Shown one piece after another: positions 29,386 to 39,625 of a stretch of DNA of 64,000 nt (positions are counted from its first letter, which is position 1; every line of letters begins with the position of its first letter). The notes under the pieces were generated by a model, which worked only from the letters and a program-made list of their open reading frames with translations, was not told the origin of the DNA and made no database searches. This DNA is from a virus (taxonomy: Duplodnaviria > Heunggongvirae > Uroviricota > Caudoviricetes). Position numbers and translations under genes: made by a program. The stretch lies in IMG/VR virus record IMGVR_UViG_3300035182_001709; one strand, written 5' to 3'.

Positions 29386-32300
29386 ATGCCGAACACAGCT
29401 TCACCCTACATTCCCTCTTTCCTGAGGTCAGCGCTCGAGGACAACAAACCCGTTCAGTTGACGTTCAGCGAGGTGAAGCATACCAACATACAGAGTACCT
29501 CGTCATTTCTCTATGATCCGACGAATGCGCCGCTGAAGAACACGCAGCAGCTCAACATCGACTGGTCGAAGTTCGAGAATCACACCTTTTTCTCGTCGGC
29601 CGAGGCAAAGGTCAATCTAGCGTTTGACCAGGTCATCAACGGTTACCCGTTCGACGGTTCTCGGGCCGAGATCGAAGCCTTCTTTGAGCGTCTGACGGGC
29701 TTTGATAGGTGGGTCTTCGATCAGTTTCCGAAGTTCAAGGGCCAGTTGATGTTCTCAGGTACGCAGTACGGAGAGGACGTCGACGGAACGTTGGGCAGCT
29801 GGATCAAGCTCAACGATTTCGCTGGCGCGTTGTACCCAGAAATCTCCAAGAAAAAGTCGGGTGAAGGCGTCATCAATCCCAAGGATGGCGTCTCGTTCAC
29901 CCTAGAGCTCAACGTTTTCCTGCCGCCTAAGACAAATAGCGTCTCGACAATTTTTCAGAAGTTGTCGGGTTCGCAGCAAGGCCTGTCGCTGTACCTTGAG
30001 AAGTCAATCTCGACGGGTTCATGTGTGGCACGATTTGCTGTCGTCTCTGGCAGCAGCTATGTCACAGCAGCTGCAACCCTCCGCAAGGGTTGCTTCAATC
30101 ACGTCTGCGTGACGTTGAACCGCGAGTCGACCACCGACTTCGTCGACTTCTACGTCGATGAGGTGTTGCAGGAACGCTCACGTATGAGCAGTAACATCGG
30201 AGAGCTCGACATCGACGCCTCTGACGTGCTGATCGGAACGGGCACCATGATCTCGTTGGGTGCCACTGACGTCATTCCCAAGACGACGTTCAGCGGTTCT
30301 CTTGATGAGCTGCGTGTCTTTCACTCGGCTCGGACAGTCAATCAACAGGAGCTCTATGCCAAGAAGGCGATCTACGCAACGCCTGACCTGAAGCTCTACT
30401 ACCGTTTCAATGAGCCACCTCCTCCGCTGACGCCTGATCCCAACGACCCGGTCAATGCCATTGTTCTAGATTCGAGCGGCAACTCGTTGCATGCTTTGAT
30501 CACAAATTTCGAGCCCACGTTGAGGCATGACGCTAGTCAGGATCCTGCGAGCTTGATGATCTATGAGAAGCCAGAGACGTACCCCGTCTTGTTCCCGGCC
30601 TATCCAACGACAGTCAACCTAAACACCCAACTTCTGGCGTCTGCGTCTGAATACGACAAGCACAATCCAAATTTGATCACCAGGCTGGTTCCACAGCATT
30701 ACCTCCTCGAGGGCGATGCACAGGATGGAACTGTCGACTGGACAGAACCACTGGCGCCCTACGGGGGCACGGGCATGCCGGGCCAAAGCAAGGCCTCGTC
30801 GCAGCAGATCGTCCTGTCGTTCCTTTACATCTGGGCACGCTTCTTCGATGAGATGAAGCTGTACCTCGATTCGTTCAGCGCCCTGCGCTACCTTGACTAC
30901 ACGGGTCACGATAACTCTCCCAACAACTTCTTGTATGACTTTGTCCGTGCATACGGGTTCCACCTGCCTCCCCTCTTCGGCGGTGCGACGATTGACCAAT
31001 ACGTCAACGCCGAGAACGTAGGCTACGAGATCGCGACTTCCGCATTTCCGTTGAAGGTTGTTCAGAACGAGCTACTGCGCCGCGTGTTGATCAACATGCC
31101 CCAAGTCGTCAGGTCAAAGGGCACGCAGCACGCGATCAAGTCATTCCTCCGCGCCATGGGCATCGACCCCGAGAACTCGCTGCGGATCCGCGAGTACGGC
31201 GGGCCCACTGAACGCCCACTGTCATTCTCCCGTGAACGCAAGTTCGATTCTGGCGCCATGGTGCAGTTCGTCACCTCATCATTGGCAACGTCTCCCTTTC
31301 TTTCAGCATCACGTGTTGAGGTCGGATTTCCCAAACCCGCGGGCTCGATGGTTCAGCAGGACCTCTACCCGCCGCATGGCATTTCGCAGAATCAGAACGA
31401 TGGGCTGCTGACGAGCGGCTCGTGGACCGTTGAGGGCATTTTCAAGTTCACACCTCAGAACATTGCACTGATGACGTCTGCGACACAGTCGTTGGCTCGC
31501 CTCGCGGTCGGTGACGCTCCGGGCACGTCAGGTAGCTTTGTGGCCAACCTGCTGGCAATCTCGTCGTCATTTGATCCCAAGGTCCTGCTCTACGTACGTC
31601 CTGGCAATGCATCGACGTCACCGCTGCTGCGCATGGAGATCGATCTGCCACCAGGCGGCATCTTCAATTACGATCGTTGGAACATCTCGTTCGGTCGCTA
31701 CCGCAACGACGAGGTGAAGTCTAACGTTTCCTCGAGCTACTTCCTCCGCGTTGCCACACAGAACGATGGTGATGTCACTTGGTTCGCCAGCACCAGCAGC
31801 TTCTTCCTCGAGAATCCTGCTGGAGAAGCAAATGTCTGGCAAGCCATCACGCTCGAGGCACCGTCTGGCAGCTACCTAGCAATTGGCGAAAACCAGGCTT
31901 CAGTATCCAGCAGTCTGTTTTTGGCAGATATTCTAGCAGTCCCTGAGGAGGCCCGGACGACGGCATTTACTGGTCGTGCGTCTAACCTTCGATTCTGGTC
32001 AAAGGCCGTGTCCGACGCAGAGTTCCGTGAGCACACTCGAAACTACAAGTCACTGGGCGTTGAGAACCCGCTGGTCAACTACAACTTTAACCAGACGAGC
32101 ACGGGCTCCTGGAACCGCGTCCGCATTGATGCACTGCAGAAACAGGTGGATCGCGCGGCGGTGACGAGCTCAATGGGAATCTCGGGCAGCATCACCTTCA
32201 TCGACTTCTCGCTCAATGGCCTTCACTTGACAGGATCTGGTTTTCCACCGGGCGTCAATTCGGTGGTGGGCGAGATCTTTGATCACTCCTACCTGTCGCC

Positions 32301-32859
32301 TTACTTTGACGAGGCAGCAACAGACGAGAAGATCCGCGTTCGAGGCTACCAGAATCAAGACCTGGTTGACGCAACTCCTTGGGCATCGGTGGCACCCGTT
32401 CACGAGATCGTCAGGAGCGAGCGCCCGACCGACGACACGCGGCTGAGCATTGAGTTTTCACTGGTCGACGCCTTGAACCGCGACATCGTCACTCTGTTTT
32501 CCACCTTCGATGCACTGGACAACGCTTTGGGCGCACCGGAGCTGGTGTATTCACCTGATTACCCGAACCTCGATCACCTGCGTAACGTATACTTCAACAG
32601 GATCACCCGTAGGCTGAACTTTCAGGACTTCTTCGAGTTCTTCAGGTGGTTCGACAAGACGCTGGGAACCTTCATCGAGCAATTGATTCCCCGCAAGACG
32701 CGGTTCAAGGGGACCAACTTCACCATCGAGTCGCACATGTTGGAGCGTGCAAAGTTGGAACACCTCTCCTCCGAGATTTATCTCGGCGAAGAAGACCGCA
32801 GCCGCATCCGCGACGTGTTGCTGGTGCAGCAAGTGACCGGCATCATAAGGAAATACTAA
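29386..32859 (+). CDS. Large baseplate wedge (gp7-like) structural protein with LamG/concanavalin-like domain
   Basis: 1157 aa; FSGSLDELRVFHSARTVNQQELY is a typical LamG motif. Confidence 0.5.
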   Translation: MPNTASPYIPSFLRSALEDNKPVQLTFSEVKHTNIQSTSSFLYDPTNAPLKNTQQLNIDWSKFENHTFFSSAEAKVNLAFDQVINGYPFDGSRAEIEAFFERLTGFDRWVFDQFPKFKGQLMFSGTQYGEDVDGTLGSWIKLNDFAGALYPEISKKKSGEGVINPKDGVSFTLELNVFLPPKTNSVSTIFQKLSGSQQGLSLYLEKSISTGSCVARFAVVSGSSYVTAAATLRKGCFNHVCVTLNRESTTDFVDFYVDEVLQERSRMSSNIGELDIDASDVLIGTGTMISLGATDVIPKTTFSGSLDELRVFHSARTVNQQELYAKKAIYATPDLKLYYRFNEPPPPLTPDPNDPVNAIVLDSSGNSLHALITNFEPTLRHDASQDPASLMIYEKPETYPVLFPAYPTTVNLNTQLLASASEYDKHNPNLITRLVPQHYLLEGDAQDGTVDWTEPLAPYGGTGMPGQSKASSQQIVLSFLYIWARFFDEMKLYLDSFSALRYLDYTGHDNSPNNFLYDFVRAYGFHLPPLFGGATIDQYVNAENVGYEIATSAFPLKVVQNELLRRVLINMPQVVRSKGTQHAIKSFLRAMGIDPENSLRIREYGGPTERPLSFSRERKFDSGAMVQFVTSSLATSPFLSASRVEVGFPKPAGSMVQQDLYPPHGISQNQNDGLLTSGSWTVEGIFKFTPQNIALMTSATQSLARLAVGDAPGTSGSFVANLLAISSSFDPKVLLYVRPGNASTSPLLRMEIDLPPGGIFNYDRWNISFGRYRNDEVKSNVSSSYFLRVATQNDGDVTWFASTSSFFLENPAGEANVWQAITLEAPSGSYLAIGENQASVSSSLFLADILAVPEEARTTAFTGRASNLRFWSKAVSDAEFREHTRNYKSLGVENPLVNYNFNQTSTGSWNRVRIDALQKQVDRAAVTSSMGISGSITFIDFSLNGLHLTGSGFPPGVNSVVGEIFDHSYLSPYFDEAATDEKIRVRGYQNQDLVDATPWASVAPVHEIVRSERPTDDTRLSIEFSLVDALNRDIVTLFSTFDALDNALGAPELVYSPDYPNLDHLRNVYFNRITRRLNFQDFFEFFRWFDKTLGTFIEQLIPRKTRFKGTNFTIESHMLERAKLEHLSSEIYLGEEDRSRIRDVLLVQQVTGIIRKY

Positions 32860-32860
32860 A

Positions 32861-33793
32861 ATGGGCGTCAACCTGAACTTCTTCCGAAATCCAGGCTTTC
32901 AGGAGCCCGATTGGTTCGATGAGGGACCTCTCGTCACTGCTAAGTCCAACGTCAAGTACGAGTACACATACTTCAGCGCATCAGTTTTGATTAACGGCAT
33001 GATTGTCAATAAGATTGACACGATCGCCACTGCTGTGCAGCAGGGCCACGATACGTCGCAAATCGACGGTTACCGTCAGGGCGTTGAGCTGACACAGATG
33101 AAACACTTTGACGCTGGTCTCGTCAAGATTCACGCTGGTGAGCCCGGGCACGTGCTTCGCAAGAACAACTTTGGTGAAGACAAGAACTTCTTCCCGGACC
33201 CACGTTACGGGGACCTCGACCTGTTCAACCCAGTGCGCTTCCTGGAGGCACAAGAACACATTTCGTACCTTGACAAGGAAATTCTGACGTTCCCGATCGT
33301 TACTGGCGACTCTGACCAACTCGAGTCGTTCAACACCAACGGTGTCATTGAACCATTGGCGATCCGCGCACCTGCTGCTTTCTACTCGATGGACATTCCC
33401 TTCGAGAGTCACAGCATCAAGGGTTCTTTCATGGGTGGCAGCGAGGATCAATCGCGGGCCTCATGTCAGATCGTCGGCATTGATGACTTTGATCCCGAAT
33501 CACGCATCGTCGAGTACCTGGATGACGTCGACATGCTTGGGACCATGGGCGTCTCGACGGGCTTCTTCCGCTACGACAAGGTCTACCTCAAACCCTTCAA
33601 GGATGAGCGTTATCCGAGAAATGTAGCCTCTTCTTCACGCGGCAGCGACATGGATGCCGCGTTGTCACTGATGTCAGGCTCGACCGACAACTACGTGTCG
33701 AGCAAACAGAGGTCACAGGCGACGGGTTGGGATTATGATACTGCGGCGGCGGTCGGCACCGACTCGATCGCTTTCGGAGGCATGACATACTGA
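32861..33793 (+). CDS. Baseplate wedge protein (gp8-like by position and size)
   Basis: 310 aa, follows the gp7-like gene. Confidence 0.35.
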   Translation: MGVNLNFFRNPGFQEPDWFDEGPLVTAKSNVKYEYTYFSASVLINGMIVNKIDTIATAVQQGHDTSQIDGYRQGVELTQMKHFDAGLVKIHAGEPGHVLRKNNFGEDKNFFPDPRYGDLDLFNPVRFLEAQEHISYLDKEILTFPIVTGDSDQLESFNTNGVIEPLAIRAPAAFYSMDIPFESHSIKGSFMGGSEDQSRASCQIVGIDDFDPESRIVEYLDDVDMLGTMGVSTGFFRYDKVYLKPFKDERYPRNVASSSRGSDMDAALSLMSGSTDNYVSSKQRSQATGWDYDTAAAVGTDSIAFGGMTY

Positions 33794-36700
33794 TGCCGGC
33801 TTCATCGACCCAACTTCGTAAAGCACCTCAGCGCAGATTTGAGGACTACACCCTCAATCGAATCGTCAGTCCTGAGGTGGGCCTGTATCCGATCGCAACT
33901 TCTGCGATGACGGAAGTTCCGGGCTGGACAACCTCGGGACCGACGGGCGGGGCTCCTGGCGCTGATGACGGTCCGTCGATCAATCTCGACCTGGGATTTG
34001 TCTTTCACTTCGACGGCATCGACTACACTCAAATTGAGGTGACCCCCAACGGCGTCGCCGTGTTGATCGATCCGGCCACGAGCCCGATATCAGGTACAGT
34101 CATCGGTGACTGTACGTTTGTCACCTACGACAACTCTTCGATCAGGTCGCCTTTCAACGCCACTGCCAATCACGTGTTGCTGTGTGTCTGGTTTGACGAC
34201 CTTCGCAACCTGTACAAGACAGGAAAAGATTTCCGCGATGATTTTCCGTCTCAGATCACGGATCAGCAACTGCTATATCAGCAGCGTGGCCTTGATCTGC
34301 CGAACGAGCGTTACAATGCCGTCGAGTACGGCATCAAGTATGCCTATGTCACGACGAAGGAAGGCATCCGGGCGACGGTATTTCGTTGGAACTCATTGAG
34401 CAACTTTTCGTTCGCAGGTTCAAAGCTGCGCTTTGATCTTGTCATCTACGAAAACGGCGTCATCGAGTATCGCTACCACACGCGCATCGGCATCTACAAG
34501 ACCGACCCAGTGCACCTAGAGTCTGCGACCATCGGCGTCTTCCTGAACAACGATCCCAATTCGCCGAGTTACTGGCGATTCCGCGACTTCACGGTCGGGA
34601 TGGGTTACCGTGACCAGGATCGCACGCCGTACAGGTTGGGCGGTTACGTGTACGATTCAACGTATGTCGATGGCCTATCGTCAGTGCCGTACACCGTCAA
34701 CCTGACGCCGGAACTTCACTGGCCCGGTCTCAACAGTGAAGGCTGCGTAATGCGGTTCACACCGCCGCAGAACCGTCGCAAGATTCTGCCCCGTAGAGAG
34801 CTCGCTCAGCGTGACGCAAGAACCTCGTATCCTCTGGCGGCCAGGACTGGCGACGGGGACAGGTTGGGCACGCGTTTGAGTGCGTTCGATGATCGTCGAA
34901 CGTTGACCTACGTTCCCGGCGTGGTCGTCGACTATCCGACGACAATTCCTCGTCGTTATGCTGACTCTGAACCAGGAGCACCTGACAGGATCAACCTGTT
35001 CGGTAGCATGGAGGTCACTGGCAGCATCATCAAAGGAAATGCTGACACGTTCATTGGCAATGAACCCAAGCAATTCATCACGCCATTTTCTGACCATGAA
35101 CGACCCGAGCAGTCCAGGTCGAGCCAGGTATACTATGCCACGGGCTCAAACGTCGACATCTTCGGCGATAACCTGAAGGAACCGCTGTCAGCCAAGACTC
35201 AGATTAAACTCGAGCTACCGATTGAATATGCGACCTGGATGTTTGAGACAACGTCCAGCATCTATTACTACAATGTGCAGTCACGCGGGTGGTACGTTCC
35301 TCGAAACGTTGTCACGAATCTTGGACACGGAAATTACGACCTGAGTGATCCGCTGGCGGCGCTCGATTACCTCGTCAATCCTGAAGATGCTCGAGGTTTC
35401 GGTGCGCTCGGCAACTCCATCTCATCTGGATCACACAACCAAAATCTGGGACAGCAGACAGACGCCGTGTTGGGATTCAGTAGCCCACCACCGTTCAATC
35501 TCAACCTCGACAAGCTAAGCAGCATTCTGTCAAGGCAGTACCCGAATAGTGTCCAGACGAATCCGAAATACCTTGCGACCTCAGACGAGCAGTTTGAACT
35601 GCCCATCAACCACCCATTCTTGATCGAGAAGGTCATCTTCGAGATTCCGATGACAATGGGTCCTGGCTGGTTCAACGATAGAACGACCACAAGCGTTCCG
35701 ATTACTTCAGCCTATAACGGTGGCATCAACTTCTATACGTACGACTTCGCTGGCCCTGCAATCACGGTCTCGCTCTTCAACCAACAGCAAGCCGGGCCCA
35801 ACACGTACCGCGACCTGATCACGTCAGGAACCGTCATCCCGTTGGGTGATAACTACGCAAACGTCAAGGCGACCAAGGTCTACTACTATACCGGCATAGG
35901 CATTCTGCCAGCCTGGATCTTCTCTCCTGAAGGCTTCGTCTCATACAACGCCACGCCCTCGAGCGTTGTGCGACCTGATGGTGACAACTACTTCACGGGT
36001 AGCATCGAGATTCCGACCATCGCGGGCGTTTCAAATGGAATTATTGCAGAGTACACGTCTATCTTTGCAGACCCTGACATCGAAAGCAACCGCGTCAATG
36101 TGTTGAAGTGGTTGACGAGCCCAACCGTCGACGTCAATTCGACGACCGAGATCTTCGAAGGCGGTAGCGGCATCACTGTCGTCAAGGACGTTGATCCATT
36201 TGGTCGAGCCGCGACCGGGTTCAACCCCTCGGGACGCTCAGTATTCGGAAAAGAGTTCGTTACCACTCAGACGTCTATCAACTCACGAGGACAGTTCAAG
36301 AATCCCCTCTTCATCTCTGCCTCGACCACCTCATCGACGAGCTCACTGCCGCAGAACTACCAAAACGCGATCAATGATCCCAACTTCGTTGCCGCAGTCA
36401 TCTCTGCCATCAACGTCGGCAGCACCTACCCGTCACCCTATCTGGTCCTGCCTGGCGATAAGTTGACGTTGGCGCTTTCCAAGATGCGACCGTCGATCTT
36501 CACAAACGGTCAGGACAATTTGACGTCGTCGTTGCCGGTGGATTACTTCACCGCATCACTACGTCACGATGTGACACTGCCGACGGGGACCATCAAGATC
36601 ACGTTGTACGGCACGTTGCTGCGGGAATCAAGGGAACGACACAGCACATTGAACCAGCCACTGAGTTCTGACACAATTCACGAGACGATCGGCGATGATC

Positions 36701-38061
36701 CTGTACTCGATCAGTACAACGTAGAGTACCCTGGTTCGTACTGGGGGACGTACACGGACGACTACATCACCGGAAGCATGTTGTCGATCGTCTCGTCAGG
36801 AGGCAGCCGCTACTTTGTGACCGGCTCGCGGGGCAAGGTCTTTCAGAGGTTGGATGCTCGTTCGCAGCCCGCGCCCGCCTCTTCTCCAATCACCTCGTAC
36901 GAGGTTCAGCAGAACAACTCGAAGTCATTCAGATTGCAGCCGTGGTACGAGCGAGCAAACCGGCCCATTGTCACTCAGCTCCTGTCTGATTCTGAGACAT
37001 ACTATGATTCTATGGTTCCAGACCTCGCGCAGTGCCTCAAGGCAAGTGGCAATGGAATCTGGATCTTGAAGAATGGCGACGTTCCACCCGCGCCGTTTGA
37101 CTCGACGAAAGTCAAGGTAGGTCCAACAGTGGGCTACCTCTATTTCAACAATCAAGTGGACTCGGCTAGCGAGACAATCGAATCCCTCGCTAACGGCGTT
37201 TGGACGTGGTCTTATCCATTTGAGCCGCGCTACAGCGACATTCCTCGCTCAATAGGCATGTCAAAGTCGCTGGTGGCTGAGCGCGAATACTCGAGTGGGT
37301 CAAACATGATCTCTCCGATCACCCCGCACGAAATCGACACGTTCTATCCAATCTTTGTTGGCACTACGCCTCACGTTGGATTCTTTGAAGATTATCTACA
37401 CTTGGCATTGAATCAGTTCGCCATCTCCTGGCAGATCGCTGCTGACGTTGACCTTCGAAGATCGTCGCCCTATTACCTCACCAGCTCACTGTCGCCAGAT
37501 GATATGATCAGGGTCATGTATGGCTATGGTGACATCAACACCATGGTGCCCCAAAAGGTCACCGGAAGTTGGCCTAACGTCACGCCAGATTATACGTCAT
37601 CGTCAGTGGCGGGTTGCAACAATCAACCTGCTTGGCGTGACCAAGAAATTGCAAAGGGCCTATACGCAACGTACCTGGTCGGTCCGATCATCAGAGGTTG
37701 GAAATACGGGCTCTATAACGGACTGCCGGTCAAGAGCCACGCTACGTTCCGTCGTGATCGTTACGGTCAAAACCGTGATATGCTCGAGCAGCGCCCGTTC
37801 ACCAAGTACTACCAGGCGACCGACACCGCCGACAATAAGGCTGGAGTTCTACGCAGTGCGGTGCAAGTTACCTTCGTCGACTCACAAGGCAGGATCACAC
37901 CGCCAGAAAACACCTGGTCGCAGAACTTGAGCACTGAGGCTACATCGTCGATGCCGTACTTTGACGGTCAAGCCGTGAATCGCCCAGACCCCAACCCGGC
38001 GGCGCTAAACCAGTCGATCATCACGTTCACGTCCAATGTCTTTGGCAACTTGACGGTCTAA
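33793..38061 (+). CDS. Giant structural protein (1422 aa), baseplate/tail-fibre component
   Basis: Uninterrupted ORF in the structural operon. Confidence 0.45.
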   Translation: MPASSTQLRKAPQRRFEDYTLNRIVSPEVGLYPIATSAMTEVPGWTTSGPTGGAPGADDGPSINLDLGFVFHFDGIDYTQIEVTPNGVAVLIDPATSPISGTVIGDCTFVTYDNSSIRSPFNATANHVLLCVWFDDLRNLYKTGKDFRDDFPSQITDQQLLYQQRGLDLPNERYNAVEYGIKYAYVTTKEGIRATVFRWNSLSNFSFAGSKLRFDLVIYENGVIEYRYHTRIGIYKTDPVHLESATIGVFLNNDPNSPSYWRFRDFTVGMGYRDQDRTPYRLGGYVYDSTYVDGLSSVPYTVNLTPELHWPGLNSEGCVMRFTPPQNRRKILPRRELAQRDARTSYPLAARTGDGDRLGTRLSAFDDRRTLTYVPGVVVDYPTTIPRRYADSEPGAPDRINLFGSMEVTGSIIKGNADTFIGNEPKQFITPFSDHERPEQSRSSQVYYATGSNVDIFGDNLKEPLSAKTQIKLELPIEYATWMFETTSSIYYYNVQSRGWYVPRNVVTNLGHGNYDLSDPLAALDYLVNPEDARGFGALGNSISSGSHNQNLGQQTDAVLGFSSPPPFNLNLDKLSSILSRQYPNSVQTNPKYLATSDEQFELPINHPFLIEKVIFEIPMTMGPGWFNDRTTTSVPITSAYNGGINFYTYDFAGPAITVSLFNQQQAGPNTYRDLITSGTVIPLGDNYANVKATKVYYYTGIGILPAWIFSPEGFVSYNATPSSVVRPDGDNYFTGSIEIPTIAGVSNGIIAEYTSIFADPDIESNRVNVLKWLTSPTVDVNSTTEIFEGGSGITVVKDVDPFGRAATGFNPSGRSVFGKEFVTTQTSINSRGQFKNPLFISASTTSSTSSLPQNYQNAINDPNFVAAVISAINVGSTYPSPYLVLPGDKLTLALSKMRPSIFTNGQDNLTSSLPVDYFTASLRHDVTLPTGTIKITLYGTLLRESRERHSTLNQPLSSDTIHETIGDDPVLDQYNVEYPGSYWGTYTDDYITGSMLSIVSSGGSRYFVTGSRGKVFQRLDARSQPAPASSPITSYEVQQNNSKSFRLQPWYERANRPIVTQLLSDSETYYDSMVPDLAQCLKASGNGIWILKNGDVPPAPFDSTKVKVGPTVGYLYFNNQVDSASETIESLANGVWTWSYPFEPRYSDIPRSIGMSKSLVAEREYSSGSNMISPITPHEIDTFYPIFVGTTPHVGFFEDYLHLALNQFAISWQIAADVDLRRSSPYYLTSSLSPDDMIRVMYGYGDINTMVPQKVTGSWPNVTPDYTSSSVAGCNNQPAWRDQEIAKGLYATYLVGPIIRGWKYGLYNGLPVKSHATFRRDRYGQNRDMLEQRPFTKYYQATDTADNKAGVLRSAVQVTFVDSQGRITPPENTWSQNLSTEATSSMPYFDGQAVNRPDPNPAALNQSIITFTSNVFGNLTV

Positions 38062-38064
38062 ACG

Positions 38065-39333
38065 ATGCCGACGAAGGACGACGCAGCGCACTCATTCTTT
38101 GTGTTCGTCAAGGACGTCAACACGGGCAAGATCTCGCGTGTTGCCTTTCCGGGCGCCGTGCAGGTCGGCATGGCCGGCAATCCAACCGAACTGTCTGTGT
38201 TGGGCAGTCTGTCTGTCAACGTGACGACGTACCGAACCGCGCCAGCGAACAACGGCATCATCAACCTGAAGCCGTACGACACCGTCGCCTGCATTATTAA
38301 CGCATACACACCGTCAACAAACATCATTCGCGTCAACCTGCCGGCCAAGCCCAGGGATGGTCAACTTCACTTCATTAAGGATGTTTCTGGCAGCGCAGGC
38401 AACGCTAGAATCGACGTCTACGGCAGCGCCGATGGTAAGACGCCGATCGATGGCAGTGCGTCACCCGTCAGTATGACTACACCATACGACTCGTGTGGCT
38501 TTGTCTGGTCTGGCCCGGAACGCATCTGGATCCTGTTGACGAAGACTGGCACCAGCGGGGGCGGGGGTGCGACCAATGGTGCTGGTGGAGGAGCCGCATC
38601 GCTTTATCCTCTCGATTCACACGACAAAATCTTGTGGAAGTTTGACGACACTACACCAGGAGGTCCGTACCTCAACTATGGAACTATAGTTGGCTATGAT
38701 GCAACGCAGCTTGGCACTGCAGGTCAAGATATCCCGTGTCAATTTGGTCGAGTGACACAGTGCGTTTTTCACTCTGGTTGGTCGTACCTTGGCGGCCCAG
38801 CTGGAACATCAGGTAACCTATCACCGACGGGTAGCTTCACTGTTGCTGGTTGGTTTAAGCTCTTGGCCGCATCTGATACGTTATTGTTCTACAAACGGTA
38901 TCGCATTACAGGGTCGGCTTACGGCTGGTTTGCGCCATTTGCCACTGTGTTGATGACCTGGCACTCTGACAATACCACGTCATTGTACCTCACATTGGGC
39001 CCCGACGGAGCAGGCACACGTTTTCAGTTTGACACGCCCAAGATTATCCCGTATGGAGAGTGGGTCTTCGTAGGTCTGACGTTCGATCAAGCTGACAGCA
39101 AGTATCGAGTGTATGTCAACGGTAATCTCGTCTATACGTCACCCGCATTTGGCAGTAGCACGATCGATTGGAACAATGCGGGAGCAGACGCTTGCGGGAG
39201 CTGGTGCACCGGGTCAGATCCCAATAACAGCGAGTACCCGAACACTTACGTCAATGCCTTGCGCGTGTGCGACGTGGCACGACCAGGTTCTTGGTTCACC
39301 GCCGTTTTTGCAGCAGAGAACGGTCGCTACTAA
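38065..39333 (+). CDS. Tail fibre/receptor-binding-like protein with Gly-rich linker and C-terminal LamG/ConA-like domain
   Basis: GTSGGGGATNGAGGGAAS linker; GEWVFVGLTFDQADSKYRVYVNGNLVY LamG motif. Confidence 0.45.
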   Translation: MPTKDDAAHSFFVFVKDVNTGKISRVAFPGAVQVGMAGNPTELSVLGSLSVNVTTYRTAPANNGIINLKPYDTVACIINAYTPSTNIIRVNLPAKPRDGQLHFIKDVSGSAGNARIDVYGSADGKTPIDGSASPVSMTTPYDSCGFVWSGPERIWILLTKTGTSGGGGATNGAGGGAASLYPLDSHDKILWKFDDTTPGGPYLNYGTIVGYDATQLGTAGQDIPCQFGRVTQCVFHSGWSYLGGPAGTSGNLSPTGSFTVAGWFKLLAASDTLLFYKRYRITGSAYGWFAPFATVLMTWHSDNTTSLYLTLGPDGAGTRFQFDTPKIIPYGEWVFVGLTFDQADSKYRVYVNGNLVYTSPAFGSSTIDWNNAGADACGSWCTGSDPNNSEYPNTYVNALRVCDVARPGSWFTAVFAAENGRY

Positions 39334-39524
39334 GGCTTCTCAACCAGAATCACTTGGGGTTGAGGAGCTCGCTTTAGGTACTCGTACCACCGCTCGTGGC
39401 GTAGTCGCTCTTGTTCTGCCTTGTCGACGGGCGGACCATCATTGCGAGTAACCACGACGTCTTCCCCCTCACTGCCCAAATCAATTACGATCATGTTAAC
39501 CTCCGAAACGTAAGTATCGGGCAC
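39330..39524 (-). CDS. Small hypothetical protein
   Basis: 64-aa ORF at the convergent operon junction. Confidence 0.25.
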   Translation of the reverse strand: MPDTYVSEVNMIVIDLGSEGEDVVVTRNDGPPVDKAEQERLRHERWYEYLKRAPQPQVILVEKP

Positions 39525-39625
39525 CCTCTAACCACCGTAACACATTCCGGGCCCGTGGGAAGGCCCAAATGGAACACGGGGGCACCCACGAATATTCGCG
39601 TAATACCCCCGGTTGTGTTCAGCCT

